Notes under the pieces: generated by a model
The model's input: only the letters and a program-made list of their open reading frames with translations
The model's database searches: none
What the model was told of the DNA's origin: nothing
Assembly: GCA_038496445.1 (NCBI GenBank)
Contig: JALMLS010000309.1
Span: 413,027 to 477,026, forward strand
Direction: 5' to 3'
DNA length: 64,000 nt
Origin: Trichosphaerium sp. ATCC 40318
Taxonomy: Eukaryota; Protista; Tubulinea
Shown here: positions 55,825 through 64,000 of the stretch, piece after piece
Numbering within the stretch: the stretch's first letter is position 1
How the letters are laid out: each line of letters begins with the position of its first letter
Program-made: the position numbers and the translations under genes

Positions 55825-56675
55825 TCAAATCCTGTTTGCTGAATAGGATTTGATGGCGTTGACTTTAAATTGTTGGTGTGCTATTATTTTTTCCAAGCCA
55901 TGATAGGAACTGTTCACAATCATTGAACCGTTGAATAGGAAATAACGCCATAAAGTGTGTTATACTTTCTCTTTTAAGTTTTTTTGTGGTGGTGATGATA
56001 TTATTATTGATTATGTATCAGTTGTTTCTTTAACTACCTTCTTTTCAAAAAATTTTTAGAATTGTTTTTAAAACATGTGAAGTTCACGTGATCTACGAAA
56101 CTTGTAGTTTACACTACTGCCGATGGTGTTTTGCTGAAAATAAAACTGTGAATGAGCGTCAAATTACTAGGATAGACAGCATAAACTACATTTTAGCTAG
56201 TCAGTACTACTCACAAAATAAAATACAAATCCTATTCATCAAACGAGGGATTTGACATTCAAATACTTGTACACAAAAGAACGAAGGACAAAATACAACA
56301 ATTAGCTACCAAAAATGTCGTTCTTTGCTGGAGACTTCTAGGTGATATAATGCCGTAAAAGACGAACAATATGCACCCACAAACATTCTATGTCAGTGAT
56401 GACAACATCAACAACCTGATAGATAGATCAGGCATTATCACTGTTAGTTGAACTGTACAAACGCAAAGGCATGGAAGTAAACCAAGCAATCATTGAACTG
56501 ACGATAATTCAGGTGAGGTTTTGTTTTAATAGAAATAGTGATACACCATTATGAGTGTATTGGAGTGTCATCAAATAACTAGAATAGTAAGCATATAGTT
56601 CAGTTTAGCTTTCTCAGAACAATCCACAATAAAAATGTACACGCCCAAATCCTATTCATCAAACAAAGGATTTGA
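55825..56675. repeat. Three copies of a dyad motif CAAATCC(T)-N11-15-(A)GGATTTG
   Basis: 55825-55853 (inverted), 56226-56255, 56646-56675. The last two lie within a ~140-bp imperfect direct repeat. Confidence 0.7.
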
Positions 56676-56770
56676 CGTTCAAATCTGTACACACGAAAGA
56701 AAAACGATCAAAATACAAAATTCAAACCAACCAAAACAACAACACTTCTCAACAACTCAAAATAAAACAA

Positions 56771-57082
56771 ATGGGTGGATCAATCTCAATTGCCAACTTT
56801 GCCAAAAACAATGTCTTTGTACGAATAACAACTGCTGGCGAAGGTTTTCTTGTCAAGGAACTTAATGCAGTACAACAAAATACTACAAAAGCTGAAGGTC
56901 TTGAAGCTGTATGGTATGATGTTCAAATTATTGATAACGGCAAAGCTGTTTGGATCAAAGGAGTTTATGCTGGCTCGCATCCAACTCTGACCTACAAAGA
57001 TCAATCAATCACTGCTCCTGCAAACGCAACACCAACCAAGGAAGAAGTGGCTGCTTCCATTGCTGCTGTCAATAAAGTATAA
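56771..57082 (+). CDS. Small intronless hypothetical protein (103 aa)
   Basis: ATG follows an A-rich leader; MGGSISIANFAKNNVFVRI...; AATAAA downstream. Confidence 0.7.
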   Translation: MGGSISIANFAKNNVFVRITTAGEGFLVKELNAVQQNTTKAEGLEAVWYDVQIIDNGKAVWIKGVYAGSHPTLTYKDQSITAPANATPTKEEVAASIAAVNKV

Positions 57083-57162
57083 GACACTGAATGATTTAAT
57101 ATGCTAGTGGTTCATAACAATAATACAGAATTGTATGTCAACAATAAACACTTTGTTGTAAT

Positions 57163-57290
57163 CTAACTCATTCCGTCAACAAGTATCTGAGATCCCGTGA
57201 AATACTTTCCTTTTGGTGATAATAATAGCATAACCGCTTGAGCAAGATCATCAAGGTCTCCAATCTTCTTCAATGCAGTCATTGACCTTA
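57163..57290 (-). pseudogene. Short-chain dehydrogenase C-terminal relic
   Basis: ALKKIGDLDDLAQAVMLLLSPKGKYFTGSQILVDG, the classic SDR tail. No intact upstream part recognised. Confidence 0.65.
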
Positions 57291-57818
57291 GCTACCAGGT
57301 CATACTACTAGTCAATCTTCCAATTGACTTGTAGTTTATAGCTGTTAATTTTTATTGTTATGTTTAAAATAGAAGCGAGCAGAGTTCGCAGGTACACATA
57401 TTGAAGAAAAAGCTATGGCAAATGACTTTCATAGGTGGTACGTCCGCTGTAGTACCAAACAAGTACAATAGTAATCGCTGATGCAATTGTATTCATGTAG
57501 GTTTCTACTTTGTTGATGCTCGTGTTTTAGTCCTCATAGTCATGATACAAGCGTTGCTATAGCCTTAACTTTTTCTTACTTCCTTGTTTTCCTTTAAACA
57601 ATCCTGATGCTAAACGACTGAAGTCAGTCGTGACAGCAGTACTTCGGTCGAAAATCGGCGACTCAGTCGCCATCTCTATTTCAGAGTGATAGAACTTTAT
57701 GAGCCACAAAGGTTGTTGGGCGATCAAACTAGTTTCTTGTGAGAACATTTCGTGTCAAAAAGCGCTTTATTGATGAGATGTTTAACAGTTACAAGAAACG
57801 GTACAATAGCACTAAAGC

Positions 57819-58136
57819 TTAGGAACCTCTTATTGAAATAGTTGTCATATCGTGAGATGTCAAATAATTAACCTTATGTTTTGGTATTCTCTTTTTCTTT
57901 ACTGCTTTGACATTGATTCTTGGCATACCAGCTTGTTTAAAGCACCATAAACGGCGGTTATCAAGTGAATACCATTCGCCTTTTAAACGAACAACACAAA
58001 TTGCTGGAATGTCATCTGCATCCAAGTACCCATTTTCAAGCTCCCCAGCAACATCGTAAATGCACTCGCCCGTTGAAAAAACGTGAGAAATCGAACTGTT
58101 AGTGTAGTTGATATCATATGGATCTATAGAGAACAT
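57819..58136 (-). CDS. Stand-alone ParB/Srx-like domain protein (105 aa)
   Basis: DPYDINYTNSSI..F..G..IPAICVVRLKGEWYSLDNRRLWCFKQAG; paralog of the C-termini of 60167 and 61305. Confidence 0.7.
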   Translation of the reverse strand: MFSIDPYDINYTNSSISHVFSTGECIYDVAGELENGYLDADDIPAICVVRLKGEWYSLDNRRLWCFKQAGMPRINVKAVKKKRIPKHKVNYLTSHDMTTISIRGS

Positions 58137-58956
58137 CAGTAACTGTAGTAATAACGTTTGTTTTTATTATGAATTGTTGATTGTTGATAAACAACGTGAT
58201 GAATCCTCTAAGAGACTTGTAAGAAAACTCATGACCAGAACTAGAGTTGAAGAGATATTTTAACAACTGTTAGGTCACGATATTTGTAGATGAAGTATCA
58301 TAGCATTCCCTTTATACTTTGACAATCTGTAACAGTTGAATCTTTTAAGGCACTTCTTTTTCTATTGTGAACAGGCGAGGATGCGTAGACTTGATAGTTT
58401 TATGTTTTGCTACTCTAGAATATGTAGATGTATTCATAAGTACATGTTGTTCTCATCTTTATTATTTTGTGTAGACGAACCGTAACACAGACAGTCTGCT
58501 GGAGTGGATTCATTGTGTTCCAAGTTTTGTACAAAACAATTCGAGTATAGTACAGCGAATATGAAGTGCTGTTCCCTTTTAGTCCCAACCTTCACTCACA
58601 AAATGTCATCCAAAGCGCACTTTATGATGTTGGTGAACGTCTAGGCATGACAATTTCTATGGCCAAATATAATGTATAAGGAGCAGGCATAAACCCAGAA
58701 CTAGCAGAGAAATTGTCTACCGAATAGGCTATTAAGTTATTGTTAGGCAAACATTCCTTATTTAGTCACATTATATGAACAGTTTGCAAGTAAGTGAAAA
58801 TATGGGAGAGCAACATAAGCAAAGCTGAATATCTTATAATTACCTTCTTTGAACTCTTTTCGATGTGAAAATATGGGAGACGAAGGAATAGTTAGTCCGG
58901 ACCAATTCTTGTTTGTTTGGGAAGTTTTGCCACTCTACTATAAACCATTGTTGTCA

Positions 58957-59678
58957 TGATGAGCACCACGTATACACCAGCCGTATTCATTACACTATTT
59001 GCAATGTCTGTTTCCTCTTGGGTTATAACTTCCATGCCATTGTCAAAGTCTAGTTTTGCTTTTACAGGTGTATCAACTCTTCCAACTGAAAATATGAACT
59101 ACACTGGCGTCTATAAGTACTATACTTTTCCAAATGGTACAGCCTTGATATACCGCAATATTGCAAATGTTACGTCATCTGGATCAAGTACAGAAGTTCC
59201 TAGCATTTTTTATGGACGCATAGAAGGAAACAAGGTACGACACGAGTTGATACAGTTGTGTAAAAACTAATAATGTCATCCTAGCTTTGGACATGTACAC
59301 AGTTTAGTGATGGGTGCTGCGTTCCTCAAGAACTTAACTGGGGAGACTGTATCGGTAAATGGACCGATGGAGAACTACGCTGTATGGACGCTCTTGGTAG
59401 CAAAGTAATCTCTTCAGCTAAAGTTGTAGGTGGTAAGTTAGAGTCATAAGTAGCCATTTATCTAGATACTGTGGCTAATACTTCTACAATAGATGTTCTC
59501 ATAGACTTTACTCAACTGATAAGTTTCCGAACAATGACAAACCCTTCATTTCGTATAAGATGAAATCAACTGAGCAGTTTGGTACTCCCACAATTGATGA
59601 GTTTACAGTACGTCAACTAAGAAACTTGTATGTGAAGATCTAATTTTTTTTTTGCTATAGCCAAAGTCGATTTGTTAA
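58957..59678 (+). CDS. Secreted Cys-containing protein (spliced; possible frameshift near 59560)
   Basis: Signal peptide, N-glycosylation sequons, three GT-AG introns, ends EFT|PKSIC*. Confidence 0.5.
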
Positions 59679-60166
59679 GTACCCTTAAAGTCATACAATA
59701 AATACTTGCCTTGCTATGCTGTCTATTTGTTCTTTTGTGTTGTCCTTTTTTGTCAGTTTATGCAAGTTGACACTTTAATCAGCTGCGAGGCTGTGTTCAA
59801 TACTTTTTTTCGGAATCTGCGTTTTTTCGCTTTTTAACGCGGAACTTTCAAGTAGATATTGTAGCCACTAAAATATGCTGAATGTGACTGTTGCTATTGA
59901 TTCAAAATTTACAATAAATAAAGCGACATCATTTGAGCCAGTTTCGGAAAATTGCGAAGTTTTATTGCAAAAGATTTCGAGAAGAATCCTTGCGATGTTT
60001 TTACTCACCTCAGAACCATCTTGCACTACAATCACTACTTTGAGCATGTACCTATCATGCTATACTTATAGGTGGTTAAAAATTTTTGCAATTCGTTTAT
60101 GCTGTACCAAGGAAAAGTACAGACTACACGTTTTTGTTCTAAAACTACACTTTATTCTACTTTTTA

Positions 60167-61051
60167 TTAACCTCGTACATTGATGTAAGACATATCGTGA
60201 GATGTCAAATAATTAGCCCTATGCCGTGAAATATCATTTGGTACTGCCTGTACATTGATACTTGGCATACCAGCTTGTTTAAAGCACCATAAACGGCGGT
60301 TATCAAGTGCATACCATTCACCATCTAAACGAACAACACGAATTTCTGGGATGTCATCTGCGTCCAAATACCCATTTTCAAGGTCATTGGCAACATCGTA
60401 TATATACGAACCTGTCTGAAAGTACGGAGCAATAGAAGTGTTGGTGTAGTTGATAACATCTGGATCAAGTGATGTTGGGTCAATCTCATCTTCAATTGCT
60501 TTCAAAGAATACGAGCAGTAATCTTCCTCGCCACTAGCAGCACGGACATACCAATCTTTGAAATCATCTGCCATTGAGATTTCTACAACGTATTCATCAC
60601 GTGCAAATTCTGCAATACGTTCTGGAAGGTCACCGCTCCACCAAGACGAGCCATCAGTGAACTGAACGAAGTATGTATCATATGAGAATGCAATTGTGTG
60701 AACGCCACCGCGAGAGCTTTGACGACCTCGTAATCTATTGCTAAGAGCCCCAGGGATACCGGAGTATGCGTAATCGCCGTCAGGATATGTTACAAAGTAC
60801 GAAGAGTCAGGACCAAAGAAAACGTTCTCGCAGTCTCCGTCGCTAATAATATCATCTAAATCATCGCTTTTTACACTCCAACAACGTTTGTTGGGTGTTT
60901 CAAGGTAGTATTGGCGATTTTCTCCCACTGCAAACTTTTCAAGGCCGTATTTGTTAATTATCTTTCCTACGCCTGATATATTCCAATGTGTAGTACCAAG
61001 GTGATCTACAGCAATATAGCCGTCATCGCATAAACTGACTTGAGAGAACAT
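60167..61051 (-). CDS. Beta-repeat domain + ParB/Srx-like domain protein
   Basis: Intronless. Repeats FAVGENRQYY / FFGPDSSYFV / AFSYDTYFVQF. C-terminal IRVVRLDGEWYALDNRRLWCFKQAG. Confidence 0.8.
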   Translation of the reverse strand: MFSQVSLCDDGYIAVDHLGTTHWNISGVGKIINKYGLEKFAVGENRQYYLETPNKRCWSVKSDDLDDIISDGDCENVFFGPDSSYFVTYPDGDYAYSGIPGALSNRLRGRQSSRGGVHTIAFSYDTYFVQFTDGSSWWSGDLPERIAEFARDEYVVEISMADDFKDWYVRAASGEEDYCSYSLKAIEDEIDPTSLDPDVINYTNTSIAPYFQTGSYIYDVANDLENGYLDADDIPEIRVVRLDGEWYALDNRRLWCFKQAGMPSINVQAVPNDISRHRANYLTSHDMSYINVRG

Positions 61052-61304
61052 GTCTTCTATCGTTAGCAACAGTTACACTTGCTAAATAAAAACGGTGTAC
61101 TTGGGAGCTAATTTCTAAATAAGACGTTAACTTAACCTAACTTAAGCTTCATTAAGTTCAACAAAAAACCGGTTTATTTTGCTAACTGCGAGTACACGTG
61201 ATCGCTACAATGTCAAGTAACATTAAAAGAAAGCTAGTGTTAACAAACACAGCAATCAATTTGCCTTTGTAACATAATGTAAAAGGTCACAGAAACAATC
61301 TTAA

Positions 61305-62204
61305 TCAACACCTGACTGTAATGTGTCTCATATCATGTGATCTCAAATAGTTCATCTTCCGCTTTGATAAACCATTGGATACTACTTCTACAGGGATTCG
61401 AGCCATACCTCCTTGTTTGAAGCACCATAAACGGCGGTTATCAAGTGCATACCATTCACCATCTAAACGAACAACACGAATTGCTGGGAAATCTTCTACT
61501 CTCTGATACACGCAGTCTAAATCTCTTACAACATCGAATAAAGACTGTCCTGTTTGAAAGTGTTGAGCAATCGAACTATTGGTGTAAAGTATGTCTTCCG
61601 GATTGAGTTCTTCCGGATAGTATTCTTCATTCACCTTTTCTTCAATCTCCTTCAAAGAAGCTGAACAAAAATCCTCTCTGGTACTGGAACGAACGTACCA
61701 CTCCCGACATTCGTTTGACATTGCTATTTCTTCAACGTAGTCTTCATTAACGAACTCTACAATGCGTTCTGGAAGGTTCCAACTGTACCAACCAGAGCCA
61801 TCAGTGAACTGTATAAAATACGTATCATACGAGAAGGCAATGGCTGTAACGCCTATCTGAGGATCTTCTAGGTCTTCTAATCTGTTATGAAGAGACCTTG
61901 GGATACCGGAATACGCAAATCCGCCCGAGGAATACGCTACAAAGAACGAAGAGTCAGGACCAAAGAATACTGTTTCTACATCTTGGTCATTTCGGATGAT
62001 AGAGTCCAAATCATCGTTAATAGCTCTCCAGAATGTATTCTTCTCGGTTTCAATGTAGTATTGATCGTTTTCCCCGATTGCGAACCTTTTTATCGATCCA
62101 GCATCATTTATTACCTCTCCTACCCCTGGCATATCCCAGTGAGTACTGCCAAGGTGATCTAGAACAATATACCGGTTTTCGCACAAACTGACTTTAGAGA
62201 ACAT
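61305..62204 (-). CDS. Beta-repeat domain + ParB/Srx-like domain protein (tandem paralog)
   Basis: 299-aa intronless ORF colinear with 60167-61051. Confidence 0.8.
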   Translation of the reverse strand: MFSKVSLCENRYIVLDHLGSTHWDMPGVGEVINDAGSIKRFAIGENDQYYIETEKNTFWRAINDDLDSIIRNDQDVETVFFGPDSSFFVAYSSGGFAYSGIPRSLHNRLEDLEDPQIGVTAIAFSYDTYFIQFTDGSGWYSWNLPERIVEFVNEDYVEEIAMSNECREWYVRSSTREDFCSASLKEIEEKVNEEYYPEELNPEDILYTNSSIAQHFQTGQSLFDVVRDLDCVYQRVEDFPAIRVVRLDGEWYALDNRRLWCFKQGGMARIPVEVVSNGLSKRKMNYLRSHDMRHITVRC

Positions 62205-62654
62205 TGTATTCAGCCCGTGTAAACAGTTTCAGGCTGAAGTGTTGCAATGGCTATCAAAATAATAATTGTGAGTCTAGATTGTTCACGTACACCTAACTTA
62301 ACTTGAAAACTAGTTGAAATTCAGTCACTTTGGACAAGCCACCCTGAGGTTTTATGTATGCAAGTTGAGTGGGTGGTAAACGGCTATAGCTGGGTGTAAC
62401 AAATATAAGTACCCAATCCAAATAAACTACCAATACCTTTCGAGCATAAAGAAGGTTTTACACTATTGTCATAAAAACTGTATTCAACACTCGTTTTAAT
62501 TGTACCATCTTTTTTTATTTGTCCCAGGGCACGTGATTAACACTTGCACATTTCGAGACTTCAGCAAGTCTTGTGACCAGCCTCAAAACTAGAGAAAGAA
62601 AGTTCACATAGCTGTATTGGACTTTAGGGAATTAGTATAGCTACATTTCAACAT

Positions 62655-62900
62655 ATGGCTCTGCCTCCTTCGAAAAAGGTACGATCTCAATGCCTTGTGT
62701 AAATAACGCTTCAACAGTTTAATGGCAACCAGGTTGGCTGGAGTTTGCCAGACTGCTTCACCTACCAATCGAGCTACACAGGGATATTTGTGATCTTGAT
62801 TTGAAGTGTTTTCGAAATACGCAGCAAAAGCAAAGTTTGATGACTAGAAAAGCAGATCCTCAACTATTGTATAGTCAAGGATGGTGATACAAGGCGACGC
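62655..62900 (+). pseudogene. Relic of the N-terminus of an F-box-MORN family gene
   Basis: Short first exon MALPPSKK|gtacga, then LLHLPIELHRDICDLD..(frameshift)AAKAKFDD, resembling LLDIPRELQQYICTF..AATNTHFDE of 23286. Confidence 0.5.
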
Positions 62901-63010
62901 AGTATACTCACTACAACCCAAAAGCACACTAGTACTTACAATGTCAAACAGGTCCTGTTTCTATAGGAATTCAAAGAATCAAAAACACGATTGAACTCGA
63001 AGAGCTGCTC

Positions 63011-64000
63011 TCATTCGGCGGAACCGTAAAAACTTAGTTCCATTGAAAGTCGTGGCAGATTGTACTTTAAATTTTGGACATCTTCCTTGAAATTTACGTG
63101 TATGGAACTATACATAGAATTGTCAGTTTGCTTGAATTCCACTTCGTTGATGATCAATGACATTAATAGTACTTCGTATGCCCACGTACGATACAATAAC
63201 TGGTACAGGGGCGCGTTATAATATGTGTAACACAATTTAACGGAAATTTCTTCAACGAATTCATCTTTGATTGTTTCTTGAATTAATGAGATTAGGACAT
63301 CAGCCAGGACTCTTTATGATGTAATTGTCCGAGTTGTTTTCTTCCTTTTGACAAAGCTTATAACGGAATGGTTGAAGAAGGTAGACCAAAAAGTTTGGGT
63401 TTTCAATTGTTCCGATTTGTCACTTCTGTTTACTTTTTTAGGTAAACCTTTCTGGAATAAGACCTGTCAGAAAACTACGACGTACTGGTGTATTAGTGGT
63501 TATACTTGCTTTTATATTTTTTGTACGAGTAAGTCTAGAAAAAGTAAATTTTTTCTGATTTTTGGTTTTCTCCTCATTTCTTCAAATCAGCCAAACAAAC
63601 AACACACGGAGTGTTTCAATTCGCGAACACCTTTAATCAAGAATGGTTTCCAGTACTTTAAACGCTACAATACGCAATATAAGCGTTAAAGTTGCACTGC
63701 CGTTGCTAGCTCTAGTATTAATCCTTACAGGTACTCTTTCTTCCTTTCCACGCCTTGTTTAGTTACTGCTTTCTTTTTGCTTTTTTTTTTTGTTTGCCAA
63801 CACGCAACTTTCAAACATGACTCCCAGTCGTTTCTATTCAATGTACTTGAGGCGTTGGCCTCGCAAAGTTCGAACCATCAAAAGGAACTTTTTTTTGTAC
63901 TCGACGCATTTAATACAAGAGTAACGCTGTTGCACACTCCACAAGCAACTTTTTTTTGTTTTTTTCAGAAATTTTTCTTTCTTTACCTCCTTTTTTGATC
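63011..64000 (-). CDS. 3' exons of an unidentified spliced gene entering from the right edge
   Basis: Open terminal exon ...FVEEISVKLCYTYYNAPLYQ...FYGSAE* with intron-like segments upstream. Confidence 0.4.

Overview
Eukaryotic, AT-rich, intron-dense nuclear DNA from a protist. Amoebozoa is my guess (Tup1/TupA, U12 introns, receptor kinase), not shown. Spliced housekeeping genes include Tup1, BET3, an S9 peptidase, a receptor Tyr-kinase-like gene, a rhodanese, a Tim17-family gene, an SVOP-like MFS transporter and two head-to-head Rab6 paralogs. Between them lie intron-poor, fast-evolving families. A convergent F-box-LRR / F-box-MORN cassette occurs as an inverted duplication, and one MORN copy is split by a 1349-bp TIR element with a TA duplication. 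There are further F-box-MORN copies and relics, two ankyrin-F-box fusion genes (one ending in a degenerate Rab domain), and a tandem family with a ParB/Srx-like 'DNRRL' domain. The most striking features are in splicing: three U12-type introns, several GC-AG introns, and a predicted single-nucleotide exon in one Rab6 gene. Exon structures were inferred by eye, so the outer coordinates of multi-exon genes are approximate.
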